From assembly GCA_964016885.1 (NCBI GenBank), contig OZ024742.1, positions 313,720,001-313,784,000 on the forward strand: a stretch of 64,000 nucleotides of DNA. The letters run 5' to 3'. The stretch is from Eledone cirrhosa. Its lineage: Eukaryota. Position 1 is the stretch's first letter, and each line of letters opens with the position of its first letter. Below, piece by piece: positions 51,616 through 64,000 of this stretch. A model generated the notes under the pieces. That model was not told where the DNA came from. It did no database searches and saw nothing but the letters and a program-made list of their open reading frames with translations. Both the position numbers and the translations under genes were made by a program.

Positions 51616-53956
51616 CGAACCGTGATATTGTCGGGGAGAAGTGTGTACTTAACGATGATGGCATACTTGCCATCACCGACGCTGATAAGAAGGTAGCTTG
51701 GAAGTGTCACTACGAAAGGCTTCTAAATGAGGAGAACAAATGGGAGAAAGACAGTCTCCCCCAGATCGATCCAATAGAGGGACCAGCAGTGTTAGTTGAA
51801 GGTAGTATAATAAGTAAGGCAATCAAAGATATGAAGACGGGTAAGGCGGCTGGGCCTTCGGAAATAGTTGCTGAGATGCTGAAGGCATCTGGTTCGGTGG
51901 GACACACCATGGTCACCCGGATAGTTAACCAAGTCGTACAGAATGGGGTTGTTCCGAAGGAATGGCATAGCAGCATCATCGTTAACTGCTATAAGGGAAA
52001 AGGAGATGCCCTAGATAGGAGTAACTATAGAGGCATTAAATTAATCGACCAGGTCATGAAGGTCACGGAAAAAGTAATAGCGCAACTAATCAGAGAGAGA
52101 ATTGATCTAGATGAAATGCAGTTCGGGTTTGTGTCAGGCAAAAGTACCACAGACGCTCTTTTCATTGTACGACAACTACAGGAGAAGTACCTAGCTAAAA
52201 GTAAACCCCTATACTTAGCTTTTGTCGACTTGGAGAAAGCCTTCGACAGAGTCCCCCGTTCCATTATCTGGTGGTCTCTTAGAAAACTAGGTGTTGACGA
52301 ATGGCTTGTGAGAGCTATACAAGCCATGTATAAAGAAACAGTCAGTAAGGTTAGAATTAACAACGAATATAGTGAAGAGTTTAGCGTAAAAGTTGGTGTC
52401 CATCAGGGCTCTGTACTTAGCCCCCTACTATTTATTATTGCCCTTCAGGCTATAACAGAGGAGTTCAAGACCGGCTGCCCATGGGAACTCCTATACGCAG
52501 ATGATCTAACGCTCATAGCTGAATCAATGACCGAACTAGAGAAGAAATTCCAAACGTGGAAGCACGGCCTAGAATCAAAAGGCCTTAAAATTAACCTGGC
52601 TAAGACTAAAGTTCTAGTTTGTAGGAAAGAAAATAAGGCGGCGGTCCCATCGGGGAAATGGCCATGCTCAGTGTGTAGGAAAGGCGTAAGTAGAAACTCC
52701 ATTTTATGTCCCAAATGCAAAGTATGGGTGCATAAAAGATGTAGTGGGATCACAGGTAAGCTAACTAAGAACATAGATTTTACATGTGGCCGGTGCTCTG
52801 GTGCAATAAGTAGCAGCAAGTGCCCACAAAATACTAGCTCCTTCAACTGCGCAGAGGGTTCTATAGAAATAGTGGACAGCTTCCGTTATCTGGGTGACAA
52901 AATCAGCAGTGGGGGAGGGTGCTCTGAAAGTACAGTAGCTAGAGTCAGAACTGGATGGAAAAAGTTCAGAGAGCTTATACCACTATTAGCCGCTAGAGGG
53001 TTCTCCCTAAAAATGAAAGGCAGGTTATACGATGCCTGCATACGAACAGCAATGCTGCATGGCAGTGAGACCTGGGCATTGTGTGCAGAGGATATACGCA
53101 GACTAGAGAGGAACGAAGCTTGCATGCTCCGCTGGATGTGCAATAGTAATATACGTGAACGGCAAAGCATAAACGAACTAAGGAAAAAATTAGAAATAAG
53201 AGGGATCAGATGTTGTTTACTCGAGAGAAGGCTACGTTGGTACGGTCACGTGATGCGCATGAAAGACGACAGCTGTATAACAAAGTGCAGGGCAATAAAG
53301 ATAGACGGTAGCCACGGAGTAGGCAGACCCAGAAAAACATGGGACGAGCTGATAAATTCCGACCTCACACGCTTACACCTCTCCAAGACAATGTCACTGG
53401 ACCGAGACCTTTGGCGGTACTCAGTAATAGAGAAGACCCGCCTTACCTAAATACAAAGTAAAAACCTACTACAGTCAGTAGGCACCTCTATCAAAACACA
53501 CCCCCGTCCCACCACCTCCACCCCACCCACACCGCCCCTTTCAATGTAAAGTTATGTTGGTCCCACAACATCCAGGCCGAAACAAATGAGATCGTGTAGG
53601 TGTCACGACAAAAAACACACAGTCCACGCTGTAAATGTGGCCGTGTAGGCAACACGGTAAAAACCTCCCAGCCCCACACTGTAAATGTGGTTGGTGTTAG
53701 GAAGGGCATCCAGCTGTAGAAAACCCGCCAGACAGTCCACGCTGTAATGTGGCCGTGTAGGCAACACGGTAAAAACCTCCCAGCCCCACACTGTAAATGT
53801 GGTTGGTGTTAGGAAGGGCATCCAACTGTAGAAAACCCGCCAGACAGTCCTATGCGAGCAAGACAACCACTCTTGCCTCAAGTGGGAAAACCCCCGTCCA
53901 AACCCATGCAAGCGTGGAACACGGACGCTAAACCTGATGATGATGATGATGATGAT
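51613..53956 (+). mobile_element. 5'-truncated RTE subfamily B; RT and PHD frame open to stop at 53450
   Basis: [22 protein letters not shown]4HC3; no endonuclease domain; (GAT)n tail. Confidence 0.94.
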
Positions 53957-53975
53957 ATATATATATATATGTGTA

Positions 53976-55064
53976 TACCCCCACCACCCCCTCCCCTAGT
54001 CTATGATAGATTTGGCGGACTCCGCCCTTTATAGCAGTTGGCTTAGACCCCGGATACTTGCCCCCTTTTTCCGACCGCTCCCACTATTCTCTGTGCCCTC
54101 TATATTTCTTAGTGGCACTTATGCCTTATTTTTTCGTTTCAGTATTTCTTGCTTCGCTTTTCTTCTGGGCGGGGTGGATTCTGAATTTATTTCTCCGTAT
54201 TCTACCTTTATTTCGTACGAACTTCCATGTAGCTTGTTTTAGATCTTTTAGAGTTAGCATTAGTATATATTTTTCTCAGGACTCAGAATTATTATCTCGT
54301 ACAAGTTCACTTTGCTGCACTGGGTCGTTGCTGGCCCGGGATGGATACCTTTATTGTTTATTTCGTGGTAGTCTCTTTAGTATTTTGGCCCCTTTTGTTG
54401 ACCCATCACCGTATCATTTACGTACTTATACCTCTTAAAAGGGTCCTTGCCTATGCCGTCCCACCTAGTTCTTTTACTTATTTCGTTATTTCTTTATTTA
54501 TTTATTTCTTTACTTCTTTCTTTCTTTCTTTATTTTATTCTAGCCTAACAATAGCCTGAGACCTAGGTCGTAGAATTTAATTTACTTTACTTTTTTCTTT
54601 ACACTTATTTGCTTTTCTTCACTCTCAGTATTTTTTCTTTCCTATATATTTCTACCCCCCATTGTTCTACCTACCGTTCCGACTTCCTCCCCCTTCCCTG
54701 TATCTTCTTTGACCTCATGCCCAGCTGTAGCTGGCACTACCAACGCTTGATTGGGTCTACTCCACCCCCTCCCCTCTTTCTCCTACTGGCAGGTTTAGCC
54801 ACCATCTCCCCTACTAATTTGCAACCACAGAATTACTACTGATTTTTGACAATCAATTTGACCATATATGGAATTACCCCTTGAGAAGATCGGCTATTTA
54901 AATACCAGGATAAATTTTCATTTAGTCCAGAATTAGCCGTCGAAACGGCTTGAGCTCAGCTGTCGGGGTCTTACTGGTTCCTATTACCCACTCTACTACC
55001 TCAAGTATTGAGTACTTTGGTGCGTTATGGTCCACCCGGTTCCCTACCACATTTCCTTCGTTAT
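53976..55064 (+). repeat. 5' pseudo-LTR
   Basis: Direct repeat of 57512-58617 with a few substitutions and indels. Confidence 0.95.
54876..54969 (+). ncRNA. Type I hammerhead ribozyme, U3-A8 core variant; predicted cleavage after C54964
   Basis: ACCCC-TTGAGAA-GA(T)CGGCTA..TAGCCGTC-GAAA-CGGC-TTGAGCTCA-GCTG-TC^GGGGT. Confidence 0.8.
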
Positions 55065-55154
55065 CTAGCTCCTACTCCTGTAGTAGAGCACTTTCCGACC
55101 CTACCACGCCGTATCCAGACTTTTCCGCTAAGCTCAATTCATTTCACCCGCACC

Positions 55155-57308
55155 ATGCGAAAACACAACATTGACTTCTCTACCAAGAACATCCCAATCC
55201 CACCGAAATAACTTTACCTTCGGATGCTCACGCAAAAAATCGATCTATTTGCGAAAAGACTTAGATGGAGAACTTTTTTCTATCACAGATATTGCGACAA
55301 CCAAGACTTCGGCACCAAGGAGAGATTCGGATTTATTACCTACAAATCTCCGCCCCTGAACCCCTTGCTCGCACCCTTCGAGAATGACCTCTTCCAACTG
55401 GTCAAGAACATTAAATTTAAACCCAGACACAACCGATTCCTACAAAAACTCCATAGCAACTTAACAGAGTATGATAACACAAATGACATCATGGTGCATT
55501 CGGATAAAACTGGGAACCTATACTTTGTCAACCCTGACAGATACCACACACTGATCAGGAGCAGCCTAAACTCCACCTATAAAAAGGCCAACCACTCTTG
55601 CATCGAGGACATAAATCGAGATGGACAACAAATCACCTCCAGCCTCGGGGTCGCCGACCGCACGGAACCTCTAGACCCACGGACACCATACTTCACACTG
55701 AAGGACCATAAATCCGATTTTGACCGTAAACCCTCTATCAGGCTTATTAACCCAACGAAGTCCGACATAGGGAGAATCAGCAAAAAAATCCTAGACCGCG
55801 TGATACCAAAACTCAAGCAACACACCCGACTTAGCCTATGGATCAACACCCAGGAAGTAATCTCCTGGTTCAGCAATATGGAGGATAAACGAGAAACTAA
55901 ATTCATACAGTTCGACATAGAGAGCTACTATGCTTCAATCACCTTACCGCTACTTACTGCCGCCTTGGACTTCGCCGAAACACTTGTGCCCATCACCGAC
56001 CAGGAAAGAAAAATCATCCTCCACGCCAGGAAGACAGTCTTACTCTTTGACGACTCTAAATGGATAAAAAGAGCTCCCGACTCACCCTTCGACGTCAGCA
56101 TGGGCGCCACAGATTCGGCGGAGGTCACAGATCTTATAGGATTATTCCTAATAGCCAAACTCACTGATATGTTTCCTGCATTCGGTGGTGGATTGTACCG
56201 TGATGATGGGCTCCTTACCCTTAAAGGGTACAACCGCAGTAGTACAGATCGGGTCCGGAAACAATTAATCAGATTCTTCCGCGACTGGGGATTTAAAATA
56301 ACCCTACAAACGTCCCTGACCCGAGTAAACTTCCTGGACGTGACCCTCGACCTCGAAAACGACCTGTACTACCCATACAGGAAACCTAATGACAATCTGC
56401 ACTACATCCACCGCCGATCAAACCATCCTAGGAACATCACAAACAACCTGGTCAAAAACATCTCCCTCCGCATATCCCGTTTGTCAGCTAATGAGCGGAT
56501 ATTCGATGAACATGCGCCTTATTACAACCAGGCCCTCAAGCAGAGTGGTTTCCGGGAGGAAATATCCTACTGTCCAGCTCCCATTAGCGGAACCAGCAGG
56601 AGACACCGCCGCTCACGCAATGTAACATGGTTCAATCCTCCCCACAACGCAGAGGTGACTACTCCCATCGGGAAACTATTCTTTAGGCTCATTGAAAAAC
56701 ACTTCCCATTACAACACCGCTACCACAACATAATTAACAAAAATACCATCAAACTCTCTTACAGCACTACACCAAACTTCGCACAAAACATCGTCTCCTC
56801 TAACAACAAAAAACTCAACCCCGATGGCAGAAATAACCTAAATAGCAGTGGAGAACCGACCAGGAGGTGTAACTGCCCGGATAGATCTATTTGCCCACTC
56901 GACAATAGATGCAGAGACCGTAATGTGATCTACCAGTGCAACGTGACGACGGATACCTCCAACAAAGCCTATATAGGACTTACCGCATGTGACTTCAAGA
57001 CCCGGCTATACCAACATAGACATACCTTCCGAAATCCGGCCCGGCGTCACGCCACTACACTTTCGGGCCACATATGGGACCTCAAGGACAACAACATCAC
57101 CTATGATCTCACTTGGAGATTACTGTCCAGAGCCAATTCTTACACGGGAGGACGCCGTCCGTGCAATTTATGCTCGGAGGAAACTTTACAAATGCTGTTT
57201 TCGACGGACCAACTCCTAAACAAGAAAGATGAACTGGTTACTGCATGTAAACATAGATTGCCTAGGACTTACCTCGCCCTCAAACCCCATAATGACCCGG
57301 GGGGGTAG
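55155..57308 (+). CDS. Naiad-type PLE protein (RT, Zn linker, GIY-YIG endonuclease); in-frame TAA at 55209-55211, 694 aa open from 55224
   Basis: FSTKNIPIP..KIDLFAKRLRWR, FDIESYY, FDVSMGA, YRDD, NFLDV, WFNPP, CNC..CPL..C, VIY..YIG, CNLC. Confidence 0.9.
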
Positions 57309-57511
57309 ACTAGGGCTATAACACCCCACCTGCCGATTTTGCAATGGGTAACCCCTGCTTGCCAAGGAAGACGTAAGATCTTTGTATTCTTTTATCGCTT
57401 CCTTTATTTCCTTCCCCCCTCTCTCCTTTGTCCTTCTACCCCAGCTCTTCTCCTTTGTCGGCGTCTTTTCTCGCCCACCCGAGGCTGCCCTTTGGCCCCA
57501 TGTAGCCTTAG

Positions 57512-58617
57512 TACCCCCACCACCCCCTCCCCTAGTCTATGATAGATTTGGCGGACTCCGCCCTTTATAGCAGTTGGCTTAGACCCCGGATACTTGCCCC
57601 CTTTTTCCGACCGCTCCCACTATTCTCTGTGCCCTCTATATTTCTTAGTGGCACTTATGCCTTATTTTTTCGTTTCAGTATTTCTTGCTTCGCTTTTCTT
57701 CTGGGCGGGGTGGATTCTGAATTTATTTCTCCGTATTCTACCTTTATTTCGTACGAACTTCCATGTAGCTTGTTTTAGATCTTTTAGAGTTAGCATTAGT
57801 ATATATTTTTCTCGGGACTCAGAATTATTATCTCGTACAAGTTCACTTTGCTGCACTGGGTCGTTGCTGGCCCGGGATGGATACCTTTATTGTTTATTTC
57901 GTGGTAGTCTCTTTAGTATTTTGGCCCCTTTTGTTGACCCGTCACCATATCATTTACGTACTTATACCTCTTAAAGGGTCCTTGCCTATGCCGTCCCACC
58001 TAGTTCTTTTACTTATTTCGTTATTTCTTTATTTCTTTCTTTCTTTACTTCTTTCTTTTTTTCTTTATTTTATTCTAGCCTAACAATAGCCTGAGACCTA
58101 GGTCGTAGAATTTAATTTACTTTACTTTTTTCTTTACACTTATTTGCTTTTCTTCACTCTCAGTATTTTTTCTTTCCTATAGATTTCTACCCCCCATTGT
58201 TCTACCTACCGTTCCGACTTCCTCCCCCTCCCCCTCCCCCTCCCCCTCCCCTGTATCTTCTTTGACCTCATGCCCAGCTGTAGCTGGCACTACCAACGCT
58301 TGATTGGGTCTACTCCACCCCCTCCCCTCTTTCTCCTACTGGCAGGTTTAGCCACCATCTCCCCTACTAATTTGCAACCACAGAATTACTACTGATTTTT
58401 GACAATCACTTTGACCATATATGGAATTACCCCTTGAGAAGATCGGCTATTTAAATACCAGGATAAATTTTCATTTAGTCCAGAATTAGCCGTCGAAACG
58501 GCTTGAGCTCAGCTGTCGGGGTCTTACTGGTTCCTATTACCCACTCTACTACCTCAAGTATTGAGTACTTTGGTGCGTTATGGTCCACCCGGTTCCCTAC
58601 CACATTTCCTTCGTTAT
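57512..58617 (+). repeat. 3' pseudo-LTR
   Basis: Direct repeat of 53976-55064; expanded (CCCCT)n at ~58221-58251. Confidence 0.95.
58429..58522 (+). ncRNA. Second copy of the U3-A8 hammerhead; predicted cleavage after C58517
   Basis: Identical to 54876-54969. Confidence 0.8.
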
Positions 58618-58622
58618 ATGTG

Positions 58623-58653
<31 letters not shown>

Positions 58654-58656
58654 GTG

Positions 58657-58689
<33 letters not shown>

Positions 58690-58712
58690 GTGTATATATA
58701 TAAATATATATA

Positions 58713-59031
58713 TCATCATCATCATCATCTCATTTTACGTCCACTTTTCCCTGCTTGCAAGGGTGGGACGGGAACTGATTCTGGCTTGATTTCTACAGCT
58801 GGATGCCCTTCCTAACACCAACCTCATTTACAGTGAGTGCTGGGTGCTTTTTTGCCGTGGCACCTCCACGACCACTTTACAGTGGAATGATAGGGACCCC
58901 AGTCCCTATCATCTCATTTCTACAGCTGAGTAAACTGGAGCAATGTGAAATAAAGTGCCTTGCTCAAGGAAACAACACATCACCCGGTCTGAGAATTGAA
59001 CTCACAACCTTTTGATTGCAAGGCCAATGCT
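58713..59031 (-). mobile_element. SINE family C, slightly 5'-truncated
   Basis: Reverse complement of 12825-13141. Confidence 0.9.
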
Positions 59032-59040
59032 CATATATAC

Positions 59041-59129
<89 letters not shown>

Positions 59130-59152
59130 CATGTATATATATATATATATAT

Positions 59153-59236
<84 letters not shown>

Positions 59237-59239
<3 letters not shown>

Positions 59240-59429
59240 GGAACCAGTAAGACCCCGACAGCTGAGCTCAAGCCGTTTCGACGGCTAATTCAGTCCAGAA
59301 TTAACTGTCGAAACGGCTTGAGCTCAGCTGTCGGGGTCTTACTGGTTCCTATTACCCACTCTACTACCTCAAGTATTGTTGTACTTTGGTGCGTTATGGT
59401 CCACCTGGTTCCTTACCACATTTCCTTCG

Positions 59430-59433
<4 letters not shown>
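59237..59433 (+). mobile_element. Naiad pLTR end with 55-bp fold-back (59237-59291 / 59298-59352)
   Basis: Right part matches 54924-55064; left part is its reverse complement; loop AGTCCA. Confidence 0.92.
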
Positions 59434-59461
<28 letters not shown>

Positions 59462-59693
59462 TATGTATACATATATATATATATATATATGCTATGTATA
59501 CATACATATATATGTATATATATGGTATGTATACATACATATGTATGTATATATATATCTACATACGTATGTATACATGTATATATGTATGTATATATAT
59601 ATCTACATACGTATGTATACATGTATATATATATATATCTACATACGTATGTATACATGTATATATATATATGTATATATTTATATGCTATGT

Positions 59694-59767
<74 letters not shown>

Positions 59768-59964
59768 TATGTATACATATATATGTATGTATTTATATAT
59801 ATACATATGTATATTTACATATACATATTCATATATATATGGTATGTATACATACATATGTATGTATTTATATACATACGTATGTATATTTACATATACA
59901 TATTCATATATATATGGTATGCATACTATGTATGTATATATACATACATATTCATGAGATTTGC

Positions 59965-60262
59965 ACTTAGAAAGTTTCCCTTCTGAGCCACAATCCTGGG
60001 CAAAGTGTTTTTGTAGAAGACTAGGAGTCACTCATGCATACCATTCTCCCCTCTCCATGCAATCGATGTTGTCCAATGAAAAGGCAATGGCCAATACAGC
60101 TTGACACCAGTGATGTCACAACTCATTTTTACAGCTGAGTGAATTAGAGCAATGCGAAATAAGTGTCTTGCTCAAGACCGCAACACATGCCCAAGTCCAG
60201 GAATCAAACTCACAACCCACAATTGTGATTCCAATGCTAAAACCATTAGGCCACATGCCTTT
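59965..60262 (-). mobile_element. Older CORE-like SINE with a different tail
   Basis: Shares ACAGCTGAGTGAA..GAGCAATG..TGCTCAAG core and tRNA-like head. Confidence 0.65.
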
Positions 60263-60980
60263 ATCTTCTATTAGATTCAATTGTTATTAAAAAGGTATTC
60301 AAACTGGAATTTTGCTATATCTATTTTTGCATGTTTAACCCTTTAGCATTTAAACCGGCCATATCTGGCCAAAATTCTCTCACCTCTTATTGTTCAAACT
60401 GGCTATAACATTACGGTAGTGTTCTTAAAATAAATAACATCATAATCTCCTAGATTTGATATTATGTGAGATAATTATGAAAGATAAAGCCTTTACTGTG
60501 AAAATACAAAAGTAGAGTTATGTAAATGATATAGAGTTATGTAAATGATATAGGATTAAGTAGAGCTCTTATGGTTTAGTTTCGGAGTGAATTTCTCTAT
60601 AAAACATTTCTCCATTTCTAGTCAGTACTTTGGATCATTCCTTGAACATTTATAAAAAGGGAATATTTTGAATTTGTTGTTCCTACAAATTTCTAAATGT
60701 TATCATAGTGGGATTTTTCTCTTGGCTCTGGTTTTTATATCTGTTGTTTGTATACCTTGACTTGTTCACACAAAGGATTACTGGTCTCACCAATATAATT
60801 CTCTTTACAGCTGAGACCGACAATACAATGTATCAGATTTTCTGGTTTTTAATTTATTAAAGGATTATCTCAGAACCAGTAGAAACAATATTTCATAAAA
60901 ATTTTAATGGATATATTATTGAGAAGTGGAAAAAGCATTGCATTGCCTTTCGCCCATTTTTATTTTTTTTTGTTTTTCAG

Positions 60981-61184
60981 CTTCACCGGTTTCATCTGTG
61001 CACTTCACTTCCATGGCCTGTACCAAAACCAACATTATCAAATTTAAGACCTGTTACCATCAATCTCAATGTTGAGCTTTTGGATGAGACTGACCGAGAA
61101 AACAGCACACTGCATCAGCTTTTGGATTACAATGGACATAATTTTAGTTCACTGGCAGAATTGAACTCTACTCTGTTCACATGA
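60981..61184 (+). CDS. RLIG1: Terminal coding exon of the C12orf29/RLIG1-like RNA ligase
   Basis: Strong acceptor, then LHRFHLCTSLPWPVPKPTLSNLRPVTINLNVELLDETDRENSTLHQLLDYNGHNFSSLAELNSTLFT*. Matches the recalled HRxHL..WP.P....RPV.IN motif. Confidence 0.85.
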   Translation, partial: LHRFHLCTSLPWPVPKPTLSNLRPVTINLNVELLDETDRENSTLHQLLDYNGHNFSSLAELNSTLFT

Positions 61185-61427
61185 TGGTGGACACTGTTGA
61201 ATCTACTATAGATTGCTTTATCTCAATCCCAGTCCTTTATACTACACTTTAAACTTTTACTTCCCCCATCTTTCTCCTCCCCATTCTTTATGAATGACTT
61301 GTTGTTATAATGCCTCTCTATCTCTCCAAATGAAATTATCATTTCTGAAAGGCTTGTCATTATCTTTCGAGTTATTACAATTTATTGACTCTTTTAGATG
61401 TCATGTCTTATTATTAGCAATGTATTT

Positions 61428-61710
61428 GTGGATGCATGTATGGCTGAGTGGTTTAGAAGTTCACTTCACAATCATGATGTCCTGTGTTCAATCCCTCTGC
61501 ATGACATCTTAGGCACATATCTTTACTCTATCTTTGGATTGACCCAAGCCTTGTGAGTAGAATTGGGTAGATGGAAACTGTGTAGAAAGCATGTCAGATT
61601 GATTTTACTTATAATTCAAAGGTCCAGCCATTATCATATTATGTCACACTGATTCCACTTGGTATACATATCTGTGGAATACTCAACCAGCTACACATTG
61701 ATTCAGGAGC
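61428..61710 (+). mobile_element. Old tRNA-derived SINE (third family)
   Basis: TGGCTGAGTGG A box, GTTCAATCCC B box, GCCTTGTGAGT..GGAAACTG body. Confidence 0.55.
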
Positions 61711-64000
61711 TGGATATTCATCTGATGGAACAATGTTCATCATTAAAACTGATAGCGGATCCATCATATGTTGACAAAGAATGACTCCTTTGCCTTGAAC
61801 AAATTCATTCCTGTGATAGATGCATACCTCTTTATTACATAACAACTCCTATTTTAAGTAACTTCCTTGCCTAGAAAATCAGTTTCTCTCAAAAACTTCC
61901 CGAAAAAAAAAAAATCTTTACTCCAGACAAGTACTTACTCTAAATGAGTTAATGAGTTTTTCCATTGAATGACACCTCACACAAAATTACTGTTTTCTCC
62001 AACCCCCTAAAAAATAAAAGTTTTCCCACAAATTGTTTGTGTTAGAGATTATTTTATTATATTAGTTTAACTTAAAGGGACACATTAGTTAAGTTTTTAA
62101 ACAATTTAATTACCATATTTCTAATGTAAAACATTGCTTATGATTTTAAAATTGTTTTGAAAATAATTGTTTCTACTTTTGGCACAAGGCCAGCAATTAT
62201 CCCAGTGTATTACTGGTACTTTATTTTATCGACCCCGTAAGGATGAAAGGCAAAGTTAACCTCAGCGGGATTTGAACTCAGACTCTTCACTGCAAAGCAT
62301 GGTGTCCGACCCTCTACCGATACTGCCAATCCACCGCCAATCGTTTTGAAAGTAATGAGGAATTCACAGGGATTTAGTAATATAACAAATTTTCTCATTA
62401 TTAAGCTGGTGTTTACAGTTTCTTACATAAGATTATGATGGAAGGTTTTTAGATGAATATAAACACTAAAATAAACAAAATTGTAGAATCAGGAGCAGTT
62501 TCAGGTAGTTTGGTATTGAAAGTTTCAATAAATTCTCTTATCTAAAAGCCTCTTTGAAAAAAACATTTTTTACTCCAAACAATTCTTTATTCTAAATGAG
62601 TTCATACCATGGATCAATATTGCTCACCCAATATTGCTGCATATATTTTGATTTCTATTTTAAATAAAAATCTGTTGCAGTTGGAAGATGACACTATTGT
62701 AGTTTGTTAAAAGATGTAAACAAAAGATTAAGAAACTTATTGAAACTTAATAAGATGGTAAATAATCACACTCTAAACAATACTTAAGATATTTTAGTTA
62801 TCAAAACTTCATAAAAATATTCTTCATTTGTAGGAATTTACAAAACTATACCTTGGCTTATACACGAAGCTTCAATTTTTGTTCATTTCTCAGACATAAT
62901 ATAGTGAGATGGAGTTAGCTTATATCTGGATTGGCTTATACATGAGTATATACAGTACTTTTTGTACTCTAATTTAACTTAAAGAGATATATCGTTTAAG
63001 TTCCTAACCCTTTTGATACAAAATTGCCTAAATCACTCCAGGTTTTATTCATGATTATTTTCAAAATTATTTGATACATCTAAGCAGTGTATTTCATTAG
63101 AAATATGCTGATGAAAGGATTAAATAACTAACTAGTGATGAGCTGAAAAATAAACCTGTGATTTATTCAATACCAGCAGTATTCCCTATTTAGGTACAGA
63201 TATTTTACTTTATATACTGTGATACTTAAACAGTAAAAGATGGTATTCTAAACAATTAGCAAAGTTGGTTAGTGGCAAGAACTCTAAGGAGAGCAGGACA
63301 TCAGGTCTTATTTCACATTTCACTTTCTGTCAGGAGCTGTGACTGGAAGATAGTATCAGCAATGGAAAGACCAATGGAAGCATTGTTTCCTTGGTCCAAT
63401 TTGATTGATTCAATTGTTCGATCATTTTCCCATGCTTGCAGGGGCTGGAGGTATCTGAGAGCTTATTCTGGTTTCAGGGATGTCAAGTGACTAAGAGTAC
63501 AAGCCACTTCCTGGACGGGATGCTGATACTCATTTTCAGCTGAGTGAAGTGGAGCAACATGAATGAAGTGCCTTACTCCAGGATATAGTGTGTCACCCAG
63601 TCTGGAGATCAACCTTACAATCTTGAACCCAACGCTTCATCTGTAAAGCCAGTGTCTTCACAGTCATTATACTTGCAGTGGAAAAGGCAGTGTGAGGAGA
63701 CAGTATAGCCATAGGTCAAAGTTTGGCATGTGTTAGTGTGTGACATCATGCTAATCAATTAGGTAGTCACTTTTGTGGTGGGTGATGCAGCCAGGATGAT
63801 CCTGAAGCTGAAGTACTTCTAGATGTATGGGCAGCATTATTCCATTATGTATTTATTAATTTTGAGAGTTAAAGGCCAGTCTTTGTGATTCAGTTATTGC
63901 TATGTTGAGAGCATCTGAGATTGTCAGGAGAGAACATCAAATGCCTAGCATTTATAGTGAACAGCTGAAGTATTCTCTTGAGAAGAAAACATATTTCATG

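Larger units (their letters stand above)
53976..58617 (+). mobile_element. Penelope-like element, Naiad-type, with direct pseudo-LTRs, inserted in (TA)n
   Basis: pLTRs at 53976-55064 and 57512-58617 surround an RT + GIY-YIG ORF; hammerheads in both pLTRs. Confidence 0.92.

Noticed and set aside
55155-57511. Selenoprotein recoding, as reported for some Naiad elements
   Set aside because: No in-frame TGA; the Zn-ligand positions are ordinary Cys codons, and the internal stop is TAA.
54965-61184. Functional coupling in which the host RLIG1-like ligase seals the hammerhead products
   Set aside because: End chemistry does not fit: RLIG1 joins 5'-phosphate to 3'-OH, while hammerheads give 5'-OH and cyclic phosphate. 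Co-location is expected by chance in a repeat-rich intron.

Overview
AT-rich, repeat-saturated eukaryotic DNA. The SINE, RTE and microsatellite landscape resembles an octopod cephalopod, which is an inference. The only host-gene sequence I can support is two + strand exons that the ORF track misses (7390-7559 and 60981-61184). Spliced, they encode the C-terminal part of a C12orf29/RLIG1-like RNA ligase, separated by one 53.4-kb intron. The intron holds an intact full-length RTE LINE with a PHD finger inside its RT, several truncated RTE copies, and a near-intact Naiad-type Penelope-like element (PLE) with pseudo-LTRs (pLTRs). It also holds two tRNA-derived SINE families, piggyBac-type and mariner-type MITEs, R4-like and Gypsy remnants, and long (TA)n arrays. 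Upstream is a tandemly duplicated Tx1/L1-like fragment in a GATA/GACA satellite. The most unusual signals are: (1) a hammerhead ribozyme with a compensatory U3-A8 core in both pLTRs, sense to the host gene; (2) a series of fold-back palindromes, three of which have matching junctions and two of which turn in the hammerhead stem II loop; (3) at least seven more hammerhead-like remnants from other families, several with a shared ACTC...TYGAGTRCT terminal hairpin; (4) a duplicated splice acceptor in front of the ligase exon. All alignments and folds were done by eye. Family names come from motif recognition, not database searches, and boundaries of degraded repeats are approximate.
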